A stretch of 64,000 bases of DNA, from positions 352,001-416,000 of the forward strand of contig CBDDBZ010000037.1 of the NCBI GenBank assembly GCA_965225945.1. Reading direction: 5' to 3'. The notes under the pieces are model-generated. The model saw only the letters and a program-made list of their open reading frames with translations. It did not search any database and was not told the origin of the DNA. Origin of the DNA: Alphaproteobacteria bacterium (GTDB lineage Bacteria; Pseudomonadota; Alphaproteobacteria; GCA-2731375). Position numbers and translations under genes: made by a program. Below, one piece after another: positions 53,515 to 63,369 of the stretch. Within the stretch, counting starts at the first letter, position 1, and the number at the start of each line of letters is the position of its first letter.

Positions 53515-54406
53515 GGCTCTGTTGCAAACCTGACGTAGGGGTGAGTCAGATCAGGACGACAACCGTGCTTTCGTCATGTTTCTGCGTTGGCCAGACGGTC
53601 CTGTAGCAACGCCACCGCCTCGGTCAGAGCGCACGGTCCGAGATCGAAGGCACGCTCGACGATCCGGGCCTCGCCGACGATGCCGCCCTGGAGGGCGAAC
53701 GTCCCGGCCTGGCCCTTGCGCAGCGCGCGCATCACCTCGAAGCCCTTGATCGTGGCGTAGGCCGTCTTCAGCGTCTTGAACCCGCGCACGGGCCGGATCA
53801 GCAGCTTGAGCTTGCCGTGGTCGGCCTCGATGACGTTGTTGAGGTATTTCACCTGCCTGTGCCTCGTGTCCTTCGGGCACTTGCCCTCGGCCTTCAGCTC
53901 CGCGATGGCAGCGGCATAGGCCGGCGCCTTGTCGGTGTTGAGCACCTCGGGCTGCTCCCACTCTTTCAATCCTCTCAGCGCCTTGCCGAGAAATCGCTTC
54001 GCTGCCTTGGTGTTGCGGGTCGCCGAGAGGTAGAAATCGATCGTGTTCCCGGGCTTGTCCACCGCCCGGTACAGATACGCCCACTTGCCGCGGACCTTGA
54101 TGTAGGTCTCGTCGACGCGCCAACTCCGCGACTGCGGCCGGCGCCACTGCCGGCGCAGACGTTTCTCCATCTCCGGCGCGAAACGCTGCACCCAACGATA
54201 GATCGTGGAGTGGTCGACCGCGACGCCGCGCTCGGTCATCATCGCTTCGAGGTCGCGGTAGCTGATCGGATACTGGCAGTACCAGCGTACGGCCCAGAGC
54301 ACGATCTCCCCCCGGAAGTGACGTCCCTTGAAGTCGCTCATGCCTCAACCCCTCTCGGCAGATCACACAGACACGTCACCAAATAGCCGGATTTTGCAAC
54401 AGAGCC
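53515..54406 (-). mobile_element. IS6-family element
   Basis: 14-bp IRs GGCTCTGTTGCAAA; no target duplication. Confidence 0.93.
53574..54341 (-). CDS. IS6 transposase
   Basis: FKGRHF, WRVDETYIKV, TDKA, NNVIEADH. Confidence 0.95.
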   Translation of the reverse strand: MSDFKGRHFRGEIVLWAVRWYCQYPISYRDLEAMMTERGVAVDHSTIYRWVQRFAPEMEKRLRRQWRRPQSRSWRVDETYIKVRGKWAYLYRAVDKPGNTIDFYLSATRNTKAAKRFLGKALRGLKEWEQPEVLNTDKAPAYAAAIAELKAEGKCPKDTRHRQVKYLNNVIEADHGKLKLLIRPVRGFKTLKTAYATIKGFEVMRALRKGQAGTFALQGGIVGEARIVERAFDLGPCALTEAVALLQDRLANAET

Positions 54407-55299
54407 CGATAAAGTATCAGATGATTAGTTTACTCAACGGTGTAACTATAGATCAACCACTGATATTACAAGAAGGATTGGGGATGTATCAATTGCCCCA
54501 ATCGTCAAACGAGATCGCCGCGTACTTGCCCGCGATGAGCTTGGATATGCATGGGCTCCACGCTCTGTTGGGGCGTGTGGGGCTTTCAATCGAATGTGAA
54601 GCCGGTCCTGCGCTGTTCTCGCCATCAAAGGGAGAGCCATTTTCAAATAGTATGAAGCACACATGGGCGGGAGGAGAAATCGAAAATCTATCTGTTGACG
54701 GTTTTTGCGAAGCAATGTTTTTAGCGTGCGGCGGATGCGTCCGGTGGGAATTCAGCTGGAGGGACTTTGGGGACGTTCGAGAATTCCTTAGTGTGTACGG
54801 CGGAACATCATTTACTAATGTGCCAATTTGGACCAATGCATCTGGCTTTACTCAAGAGAATTTAGAGCATGCACGAGAAATACATAATCTGCGAAATGCG
54901 AGGAGGGAAAGCAAACCAGGTTTGGACACTGCGGTTAGGAGGTGGATCAAGTCTAAATCGTCAGAATCATCATTCTCGGATCAACTTATAGATCTACGTA
55001 TCGCTTTAGAAGCTTTGTATTTGGATAACACAGAAGGAGAGCTTCGATTTGGTCTGGCAAGCCACGGAGCGTGGCACATAAGCCAAAGCACGGACGAAAG
55101 GAAACAGAATTTTCAAACATTATTGCAGACGTACAAGCTGGCATCCAGTGCAGTTCATGGAGGCGATGTCAAGACGAACGACAAAAACAAGACACTGTTG
55201 GAGAATGCACAGACTCTATGCCAAAAAGGAATTATGAAACGATTAAAAGAGAAAGTAGATCCGAAGTGGAACGAATTGATAATGGGGGACATTATCTAG
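54407..55299 (+). pseudogene. ApeA-like HEPN domain protein, probably 5'-truncated by IS6
   Basis: IDLRIALEALY, ELRFGLA, YKLASSAVHGG; the frame is open up to the IS6 end; low GC. Confidence 0.7.
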
Positions 55300-55324
55300 A
55301 GAAGACTGTCAGGTTGTGTAGAGA

Positions 55325-55459
55325 TGCCCGCGCGGTGCGGATGGTTCTGGATCACGAGGGCGAACACGCCTCGCATTGGGCGGCTGTTTCCTCGATAGCC
55401 GGGAAGATTGGCTGCACTTTCTCAAGAGTTGGAGCCTCCGCCAAACCCGGTGCGGTTCA
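55325..55459. mobile_element. IS3-family remnant (orfA scrap plus a terminal IR)
   Basis: RAVRMVLDHEGEHASHWAAVSSIAGKIGCT; TGAACCGCACCGGGTTTG on the minus strand. Confidence 0.7.
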
Positions 55460-55493
55460 AGTTGCCAGATGCGAAATCCCTTACACTATTTAA

Positions 55494-56954
55494 CAGCCCG
55501 TTGATTAAGTGGCTTTTTCCGGCTCTCACTCCCAGATGAGGAATGCGGCGGCGAAAACCGTCTGGCCGCTTTGCGAGACCCCCAGTGCGACCAGCATGGC
55601 CCCGGTGGGCGTGAGCAGCACGAAAATACCGCCATATCCGCCCGCCACGGCCTCGCGCGGGGTGCCGGCGCCGATGAGTTGGCGCATCAGCAACGATAGG
55701 TTGTGGCCGGCGACGTGGAGCAGGTATCGCTTGTGCACGTTCTCGCGGCCCCGAAGCCAGGTCCGGCGCATGCCGCCGCGATCGAGGTTGTGGGCGAAGG
55801 AGCGCTCGACGATCTCGGCGCGCAGCTTGAAGGCTTCCTTGGCCACCCCCGATAACAGCCGGGTCCGGTTGTTGGTGACCGCGCGCCGCGCCGCCTCGTC
55901 GCCGCGCCAGCGCGCGAAGCCCTTCTGCTTGGGCTCGGCGATCCGGGTCTTCCACGGGCCGTTGTCCAAGGCCTTCAAGACCGCCCGTGAGTGATAGCCT
56001 TTGTCGGTCACACATTCGGCCGGGTCCTCTGCCGTCGGCGCCGCGTCAACGCTCGCAAGGTTCTCCTTGGCCGTCTCCAACGTTTTGGGAAGCGTCGTCG
56101 TGTCGCCCTCGTCGGCCGGGTGCAGCTCGGCGGCCACCACCGCGCCGGTGTCCAGATCCACCGCGTGCTCGGGCTTGTAGGCCAGATGCGTCGTGCCGTC
56201 CTTCATCTTGGCGATCTTGGCCTCGGGATCGCTCTTCGAAACCCAGTCCTCGTTGGAAAGCTTCTTGCCCTTGCGCTTGCGGTCCAGACGCGCCAAGTCC
56301 TCGGCCGTGGGCGTCTCGATGCCGCTCTCCCGGGCCAGGTGCTCCAGCATCTCCCGGTAGCCTTCACCCGTGTCGCGCCGCACGATGTTGCGCAGCGCCG
56401 CGTTGGCCTCCATGGTCGAGGCATCCACCCCGATGCGCTCGCCCTTCACCAGACCCGCCTCGCCGATCAAGGCCAGAACCCAGTCGAAGACCGCCGCGTG
56501 GACTTCATGGGGCAGGCGCGCGCGGGTCCGTGACAGCCAGGAATGGTCCGGCACCCGTTCCCGCATCTCCAACAGCAGGAACTCCCGTAGCGACAGGGAA
56601 TCCGAGCAGCGCCACTCCAGCCCACGCTCAGAGTCGATACCCTCGAAGTAGCCCACCAGGTGCATACGGAAGTAGCGCCCGGGTGGCACCGAAGGCGCCC
56701 CCATCCTGGCCGCGTAATAGGGCTGGCAGACCGCCTCGGCGAAGCCGTCGAAGCCGCCCTCGATCAGCACCGACTGCAGGCGGTCGTAAAACACATGACC
56801 CGGCGAGCGCGGCATCTCCGCCCAGCCCACCATCAAGTCCCCCTGAGGATCCTTCTGCTGTCCCATCGCCATCGGCGAATCCTCCGGTCAAATCAGAACA
56901 TCAAAGAATCAGACCAAGCCGCTTGCGTCCAGTGCCGACTTCGTCAACGGGCTG
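55494..56954 (-). mobile_element. IS1182/IS5-like element
   Basis: IRs CAGCCCGTTGA / TCAACGGGCTG flanked by TTAA on both sides. Confidence 0.88.
55526..56872 (-). CDS. DDE transposase (DUF772 + DDE_Tnp_1 type)
   Basis: PDHS, VDASTMEANAA, TDKGYHS, VERSFAH. Confidence 0.92.
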   Translation of the reverse strand: MAMGQQKDPQGDLMVGWAEMPRSPGHVFYDRLQSVLIEGGFDGFAEAVCQPYYAARMGAPSVPPGRYFRMHLVGYFEGIDSERGLEWRCSDSLSLREFLLLEMRERVPDHSWLSRTRARLPHEVHAAVFDWVLALIGEAGLVKGERIGVDASTMEANAALRNIVRRDTGEGYREMLEHLARESGIETPTAEDLARLDRKRKGKKLSNEDWVSKSDPEAKIAKMKDGTTHLAYKPEHAVDLDTGAVVAAELHPADEGDTTTLPKTLETAKENLASVDAAPTAEDPAECVTDKGYHSRAVLKALDNGPWKTRIAEPKQKGFARWRGDEAARRAVTNNRTRLLSGVAKEAFKLRAEIVERSFAHNLDRGGMRRTWLRGRENVHKRYLLHVAGHNLSLLMRQLIGAGTPREAVAGGYGGIFVLLTPTGAMLVALGVSQSGQTVFAAAFLIWE

Positions 56955-57277
56955 TTAAACAGCTCGTCCGAGGTCATCGGCCTCGCGGTGATGAGAGCTT
57001 GATGCCAATCATGCTCACCGAGTGATTGCGGAAACGCATCAGGACGCTTGCCTTGGCCAACCCGGTGAACGCCTGGTCATCTTCTTCCCCAATGGGTGCG
57101 CGCTCCATTCTCTTCCTTGATCTTGTGGTCCTCCGGCACACAAGAAACTCGTAGCCTCCACACGGGCGCACTGCCCCCCGCAGTACTTCCCGGCGGTTCC
57201 CGCCCGAGCTACGCTACTCCGAGATTCAGGATGGACTGCCTGTCCATCCCAACGATGTACGACCTGCGGTGCCGTTC

Positions 57278-57769
57278 ATGCGAAAGAAAGCGCCCCGGCG
57301 CGCCTCTCTCGACGAAGTGAAGATCACCCGCGAGGGCGAAATGGCGGTTATCGAGCATGCCGACCCCAACGTGTCGGTGGCCCGCGTGAACGTCGGCTCT
57401 CAGCTCCAAACCATGTCCGACGGCGCTGTGCTCGACCTGTTCAACGCGATGATGGACGCACAAGAGAACTTCGCTGCCGAGTTCGACAGCACCGCGGTCG
57501 AGATACCTCCCGGCAGACCTCAGGTCAGGTTCGTCGAAGACAGCGCCCAATGGGTGCCTCGCGGCCGAGTGCTCCGCTGCCATATCGAGGACGACGAGAA
57601 TGGTGAGACTGTGATCTATATCGACGACCGAGCATTCGACCTCGCCGAGTTCGACGGCCTGCTGCGATTTTTTGCCGGGTGGGGCATGCGCATCACCTTC
57701 GTGCCCGAAGACCAGGTCACGGAGCAGCCCAAGATCGAGGTGCGCGAGCCGGAGGACGAAGAGGGCTAG
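57278..57769 (+). CDS. Conserved hypothetical acidic protein
   Basis: Good codon bias; WVPRGRVLRC...FAGWGMRITFVPED. Confidence 0.7.
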   Translation: MRKKAPRRASLDEVKITREGEMAVIEHADPNVSVARVNVGSQLQTMSDGAVLDLFNAMMDAQENFAAEFDSTAVEIPPGRPQVRFVEDSAQWVPRGRVLRCHIEDDENGETVIYIDDRAFDLAEFDGLLRFFAGWGMRITFVPEDQVTEQPKIEVREPEDEEG

Positions 57770-57787
57770 GAACGCGGCGAGGGCGTC

Positions 57788-59168
57788 GAGCTATTGTCAA
57801 AAGTTGGTGACGCAGGTTTCAGGCGGCGCGTTCGGTTAGCTTTTCTCGGTCCTTGAATTTGACGCCTTGAATGATGTCGGCGATCTGGTGCGAGCCGTCC
57901 AGGCGGCGCCACTTCTTGCTGGCCGACTGGCACAGCTTGAAGACCATGGTGAGCGCCGTCATGCGGCTGAGGCAGCCCTTGGTCTTGGTGGTCCTGAGGC
58001 GCGCGGTCGCAAAGGTGCTTTCGATGGGATTGGTGGTGCGAATGTGCTTCCAGTGCTCGGCCGGGAAGTCGTAGAAGGCGAGCAACACGTCGCGGTCCTT
58101 GGCCAGGCAGGCCACCGCTTTGTCGTACTTGGGGCCATGGGCCTCGAGGAAGAAGTCGAAGGCCTTCTCGGCCACCGCGCGGGTCTCGGCCATCCAGATG
58201 TCCTGTAGGTGCTGCTTGGCGCGTGGCTGGACGGACTTCGGGAGCTTGTTGAGCACGTTGGCGGTCTTGTGCACCCAACAACGCTGCTCGCGCGTCGTCC
58301 CGTAGACCTCGCGCAAGGCTTTCCAGAAACCGAGCGCCCCGTCGCCGGTGGCCAGCTCGGGCGCAATCGCCAGGCCGCGGCGCTTGAGATCGAGCAGCAC
58401 TTCGCGCCAGGACTGGGCGCTCTCCCGGTAGCCGTCGGCGATCGCCAGCCGCTCCTTGCGGCCCAGCTCGTCGGCACCGATGATCACGCACATGCATTGC
58501 TTGTCATGGTCGAGCCGTGGTGAGAAGTAGACGCCGTCGGCCCAGAAGTAGACATGACGCTTGGCCGAGAGATCGCGCCGTTGCCAATGCTCCAGCTCGC
58601 CTTGCCAGACCTCCTTGAGGCGGGCAATGGTCGAGGCCGAGAGCCCCGGCGCCTCGGGCCCCAAGAGCGCCGCAAGCGCCTCGCAGAAATCGCCCGTGGA
58701 GATGCCCTTCAGATAAAGCCAGGGCAGGAGTTCCTCGATCGACTTGGCGCGCCTGAGATAGGGAGGCAAGATCCGTGAGGTGAAGCGAACCCGCGGCCCC
58801 GTCTCGCCGGCGCCTCGGTCGCGCACCCTGGGACAGCGCACCGCAACCGGACCAATGCCGGTCTGGATCTCACGCTCCGGCAAATGCCCGTGGCGTACGA
58901 TCCGACGGCGGCCGGCCGAGTCCGTCATATGCGCATACGCCTCGACAAAACCGGCAACTTCCGCCCCCACCGCTTGCCCAAGTAAACGCCGCGCACCAAG
59001 ACGCAAAACCTCCGTCAGCGGATCGTCCTCAAATGATCCTGGTTGGCGAAGCTGGACGACTGTATCCTCTCTCATGGCGTATCCCTCCTTCGTGGAAAAT
59101 GGCGACTCTAACATCGCCAGGATACGCCGCCCTCATCTCATCCCATCACCAACTTTCGGGTATAGCTC
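57788..59168 (-). mobile_element. IS256-family element
   Basis: IRs GAGCTATTGTCAAAAGTTGGTGA / TCACCAACTTTCGGGTATAGCTC; 9-bp duplication GAGGGCGTC. Confidence 0.93.
57819..59075 (-). CDS. IS256 transposase
   Basis: GISTG, WADG, GDGALGFW, QRCWVHK, RTTNPIES. Confidence 0.94.
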   Translation of the reverse strand: MREDTVVQLRQPGSFEDDPLTEVLRLGARRLLGQAVGAEVAGFVEAYAHMTDSAGRRRIVRHGHLPEREIQTGIGPVAVRCPRVRDRGAGETGPRVRFTSRILPPYLRRAKSIEELLPWLYLKGISTGDFCEALAALLGPEAPGLSASTIARLKEVWQGELEHWQRRDLSAKRHVYFWADGVYFSPRLDHDKQCMCVIIGADELGRKERLAIADGYRESAQSWREVLLDLKRRGLAIAPELATGDGALGFWKALREVYGTTREQRCWVHKTANVLNKLPKSVQPRAKQHLQDIWMAETRAVAEKAFDFFLEAHGPKYDKAVACLAKDRDVLLAFYDFPAEHWKHIRTTNPIESTFATARLRTTKTKGCLSRMTALTMVFKLCQSASKKWRRLDGSHQIADIIQGVKFKDREKLTERAA

Positions 59169-59766
59169 GAGGGCGTCTTCGACAAGTCTCTAACTGGAAC
59201 CTGTCCTCACCAAGAATTTGATCTGCGGGTTTGGGCCTTGATCCCGCGACGCATCGTGAGCCGATCCGGCGGCGATGCTTGCACTTCTGAACGCCATTTT
59301 CTGGAGTTTGTTTACGCGCTCGTTGCGCCCCTCGCGGCCTTCTGAGTGCCCGCCATGCGTGCGCTAATGCTCGCCCAAGCTTAAGGTATCTCGTGCACGC
59401 TTTATCCGCCGCCCGCCGGAAACGCGCCCCACTCGGACCAACCTCGTGATCGTGTCTCGATTCGAGACCGTTGATGAGATTCTCTGCCACACAAGGTCCG
59501 GGATGCCCGGCAGTCGTAACGAAGCCGCTTCCACGTTGATTGCGGCATCGTTGAAGCGGCTCCTACCCGCCGCCACGAAAGCCACTGAGTTCGGCATCAA
59601 GACAACGGATTGCGTGAATGACGGAGACAATCACGGTCCAGAGACCCACGTACGTGTCCGAAATGTATCCCGTGCCCGTGTGGTGTATCATCGTGTCCAG
59701 ACTCGGCAGCGCGCATCGCTCCGTTGGCGAGTGGCCTCCGCGGCACAAGGGCGACGGCAAGACGAT

Positions 59767-60229
59767 ATGAACCAAGCGGTGCAGCCTCGGATGTTCGTGG
59801 ACGGCAACTAATGTGATGGGGTCACGGCCAGACGGCTGGTGGCGCGACCGTGCCGGAGCCGCGCGAAGAATCGCCGCCGAGATCGCCCTGCTTGCGCGCA
59901 ACCGTAAGGGGGTATGGACGATTGTGTTCGATGGGCCGGGGCCGCGTGGCACGGAACCGTCGCCGGAGCACCTTACGGTGATTCACGCTGGGCATGGCGG
60001 CCGCGATAGCGCGGACGATCGCATCGTGGAGTTGGTGGGTGCACTCCCAGATCGGGCGATGGCACTGGTCTACACCTCCGACGCGGCTTTGCGCGCACGT
60101 TTGCATGTGATGGGCGCGCAGGTCGTTGGCGCCCGGGCACTGCTGAAGGATATCGCGGCTGTGCGCGGCACAGTGGAGCCTGCCACCAGTGGCGGTGCAT
60201 TTGCCCCCCGGCGCCGACGCCAGGCATGA
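59767..60229 (+). pseudogene. NYN/YacP-like (PIN-fold) RNase, frameshifted near 59809
   Basis: FVDGN / NVMGSRPDGWWRDR, IVFDG, SADDRIV, VYTSD. Confidence 0.75.
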
Positions 60230-60269
60230 CCTTGGGTGTTATTCGGTGCTGAACTTTGACCCCGATCCC

Positions 60270-60490
60270 CCGACGCATGTGCTGCGGTCGAGGGCGCGCC
60301 GGCTGCTGGCCGAAGCGCTCGAGTCGGAGGTCGAAGCTTTTGTTGCCGCGCATGCCGATCTTACGGACGAGAATGGATGCCGCTGGGTGGTGCGCCATGG
60401 TTATCAGCCCGCGCGCGAGGTGCAGACGGGGGATCGGCGCGGTTGCAGTGCGCCGGCCGCGGGTTCGTGACCGTCACCCCGATGCCACCG
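60270..60490 (+). pseudogene. IS256 transposase 5' fragment
   Basis: VLRSRARRLLAEALESEV...VVRHGYQPAREVQTG, similar to the N-terminus of the 57819-59075 transposase. Confidence 0.75.
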
Positions 60491-60614
60491 AACGGCGAGC
60501 GAACCTATATCGTCACCTAAGCCATCTCCGATACTCGGCGATGGCGTCGTGTCTTCAAGACCATGAACGGTTTCGAAGAATGGCTCCAGCTCTCGGACTT
60601 TCAATGCCGGCTGT

Positions 60615-60779
60615 CTCGCTGGGGCGTATGACGAACGCAGTGATACCTTCCTGATCATGGACGTGAACCCCAACCGGGCACCCTGGGTGTGGGTCAGGTC
60701 CGATGACCTGACTGCGGCTATGCGGACCTTCGATACGGTCGAAAACCGCGGCTACCTACTGGTTTCGGAAGTGGAATAG
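60615..60779 (+). pseudogene. Phytochelatin-synthase-family C-terminal fragment
   Basis: LGAYDERSDTFLIMDVNPNRAPWVWV...MRTFDTVENRGYLLV. Confidence 0.65.
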
Positions 60780-60946
60780 AAGAACGACAGACATGTTCGG
60801 CGGGAGGCATCGATCGGCGATCGAACGATGCGAAGATGTTACAGCGGACTCGGAGCGCGGCTAAAGGGTACGTTGAGACGCCGCTCCCAGGTGCACCCTT
60901 CGGCGAATCTCTCCCCGATCGGCCCTGCCGTAGTTGCGCCGGTTAG

Positions 60947-61582
60947 TCAGAAGCCGGCCGCTGCCGCTTGCCGCTCGGCCTTCTCCCGCTCCCACTCGGC
61001 GAATTCCTCGGCCGTCAGACCCCAGCTCGGCGGCTCCTTGAGGTATTCCGCCTCCTCCGGCGTGCTGTCGCGCCCGAGCACCGCGTTGCGGTGCGGGAAG
61101 CGGCCGAAACGGAGAATCGCGTCGCGGTGCCCGATCGCGGCCGCCAGCGAGCGCTCCTCTCCCAGCCCCTTATAGAGCTCCAGTGCGCGGTCTTGGTCCG
61201 CGACGTTCTCGCTGTGCTCGAAGGGGAGGTAGAGGAACACCCTGAACGCCGGGCAGATGCCCTCGTCGTAGCCCCGGTTCAGCGCGATGCGGGCGATCTC
61301 GCGCGCCTTGGCGTCGGATGCGAAGGCGCGCGGCGTGCCGCGGAAGATGTTACGGGGAAACTGGTCGAGCGCCAGCACCAGCGCAAGGCACTCCTCGCGC
61401 GTCTCGACGAAGCCATCGAAAGCCCCGCCCGCCGTCCGCTCGTGGCTTACGGTGTAACGCTCACGCAGCGTGGCGTCGAACTCGGGCGTGGAACGGAACC
61501 ACACCTGCCGCCGCTCCATCACGGTGGAGAGGTCGGTGGTGCCGAACCAGAATGTAAGAATGTCTTCCGCGATCAGGTGCAT
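60947..61582 (-). CDS. DUF924 family protein
   Basis: ILTFWF, LDQFPRNIFRG, YLPFEHSE, RFGRFPHRN. Confidence 0.92.
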   Translation of the reverse strand: MHLIAEDILTFWFGTTDLSTVMERRQVWFRSTPEFDATLRERYTVSHERTAGGAFDGFVETREECLALVLALDQFPRNIFRGTPRAFASDAKAREIARIALNRGYDEGICPAFRVFLYLPFEHSENVADQDRALELYKGLGEERSLAAAIGHRDAILRFGRFPHRNAVLGRDSTPEEAEYLKEPPSWGLTAEEFAEWEREKAERQAAAAGF

Positions 61583-61614
61583 GGGATTGGGGAGGAACCG
61601 CTGGCATTGTCAGA

Positions 61615-61700
61615 CTAAAATGAGCGCCACGGCCCGCGCCGGTGAATGACCTCGGCTTTGTAAAGACCATTGATGGTCTCGTCCAGAGCAGTCATAGAAG
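61615..61700 (-). pseudogene. IS3-family integrase scrap
   Basis: ALDETINGLYKAEVIHRRGPWRSF. Confidence 0.65.
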
Positions 61701-61718
61701 CCGCCGACTGATGCTGCG

Positions 61719-62891
61719 CTATTCCGCGGCATCGAGGTCTCGGTCGATGCTGTCTCCGATGCGGGCGGCGGATGCCTTGACGGTGTCGCGGGCGAGATGG
61801 GCGTATCGGGCGGTCGTCTGGACCTGCGTGTGTCCCAGCAATTTTCCTATCATGGGCAAGCCCTCGCCGAGCGCCAACGCGCGGGAAGCGAACGAATGGC
61901 GGAGGTCGTGAATTCTCACCCCGTCGAGTCCGGAGCGGGCTCGGATACGCCGCCAGGGGTGCTGCAGGTCGGTGAGGTGCCAGCCCGGCTTGCGGCCCGC
62001 GATCACCCACGGATTGTCCTCATCGCGGGGCAGGGAGGTCAGCAACCGTACGGCGGAGGGCGCAAGCGGGACCGCCCGCCCGCCGGTTTTGGTGTCGGGC
62101 AACCTCAGCTCGCCCGCATCGAGATCGACATGCTCCCAGCGCAGTTTCTGGATTTCCGACAGCCGGCAGCCGGTCAGCATCAGGAGACGGATTGCGGCTA
62201 CCGCCGAGCGGGTCTCCGATCCGTCCCCCAGAATCTCGTCGAGAACCTGGCCAAGCCGGGTGAACTCCTCCGCGCTCAGGAATCGTTCGCGCTTCTCCTC
62301 CTTGTAGCGCTTGACGTGCAGGCAGGGGTTTGAGCCGTCCGGACGCAGACCCCACAACTCGGCCAAGTTGAACATTTTTGAAAGCACCCCGAGGGTCCGG
62401 TTGGCCTGATAGGGAGTCTCCCGCATGCCATGGTGCAGTTCGGCGATGTCGCTCCGCTGGATCTCCGTCACCTTGCGGGTTCCGATCCTGGGGTCGATGA
62501 AGAACTTCACCGAACGGCGGTACTCGTAGGCCGTGCTCGGCTTGCAATGGACCGGGACGTACTCTTCCAAAAACCGCTTACCCAGAACCTTCATCGTTGC
62601 CGCCTTGCGGCCCTTGTCTCGAAGGGCGGCCGGATCCTTACCGCCCTTGGCCTCCGAGATCAGCGCCATGGCACGCCGCCGTGCGGTCTCCGGCGTCACC
62701 GCCCCATGGCGGCCCAGGGTCATGCGGCGCAGCCGGCCGTTGGCTCGGAACTGGACGACGTAATACTTGCGTCCCGAGGCGCGGACGCGAAGGCCGAAAC
62801 CGGGAAGATCGTCGTCCCAGTAGAACCTGTCCGACCCGTCGCCGGTGATCCTGTCGACGGTTCGCTTGGTGATCTTGATCTGAGCGGCCAT
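61719..62891 (-). CDS. Tyrosine integrase (P4-like, N-terminal arm-binding domain)
   Basis: WDDDLPGFGLRV, TGCRLSE, HDLRHSFAS, LLGH, TARYAH. Confidence 0.95.
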   Translation of the reverse strand: MAAQIKITKRTVDRITGDGSDRFYWDDDLPGFGLRVRASGRKYYVVQFRANGRLRRMTLGRHGAVTPETARRRAMALISEAKGGKDPAALRDKGRKAATMKVLGKRFLEEYVPVHCKPSTAYEYRRSVKFFIDPRIGTRKVTEIQRSDIAELHHGMRETPYQANRTLGVLSKMFNLAELWGLRPDGSNPCLHVKRYKEEKRERFLSAEEFTRLGQVLDEILGDGSETRSAVAAIRLLMLTGCRLSEIQKLRWEHVDLDAGELRLPDTKTGGRAVPLAPSAVRLLTSLPRDEDNPWVIAGRKPGWHLTDLQHPWRRIRARSGLDGVRIHDLRHSFASRALALGEGLPMIGKLLGHTQVQTTARYAHLARDTVKASAARIGDSIDRDLDAAE

Positions 62892-63110
62892 GGCGGGTTC
62901 CCGGTGTGTCCAGCAATGGGAAGCACCATATCATATTGGGAATCACATGGGAATCATCAGAATTACAAACTCTGCGCATCCGTACGCACGATTGTCATGG
63001 TGACTGTCTCTTGCATGGTCACCGAACACCCGGTAAAATCGCCAATTATCATACTTTAGCGTACCTCTGCGCACCCATGGCTGTGACTGTCGTTCCGGTT
63101 ACTTGACAAA

Positions 63111-63155
63111 CTCATAACCTGAAGGTCGTTGGTTCAAATCCAACCCCCGCAACCA
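63111..63155 (+). tRNA. 3' half of tRNA-Met(CAT), an att-site remnant rather than a full tRNA
   Basis: CTCATAA anticodon loop, GGTTCAAATCC T-arm, CCCGCAACCA end; no D-arm or 5' acceptor strand upstream. Confidence 0.88.
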
Positions 63156-63158
63156 AAT

Positions 63159-63198
63159 AATCCCCGCTATTCCAATAGGATGGCGGGGATTTTCTTTT
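63159..63198 (+). terminator. Rho-independent terminator
   Basis: AATCCCCGC/GCGGGGATT stem followed by TTCTTTT. Confidence 0.75.
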
Positions 63199-63369
63199 GT
63201 GGCAAAGAACCCTGTTTTGCCCAGGTACCGTATAGGCACCGTTTTGTTTCCAAGTTGTGCGCAGCACTGCGCAGGGTGAAAGGTAAAGGTTCGGTTGGAC
63301 CGGTATGGGGGTATGGGGGATGTAAGTGTTCGGCGAAGCCGTGGAATCGTCCGGCTGGCGCGCGAGGTC

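Noticed and set aside
63111-63155. Functional tRNA-Met gene
   Set aside because: The 5' half (acceptor strand, D-arm) is absent
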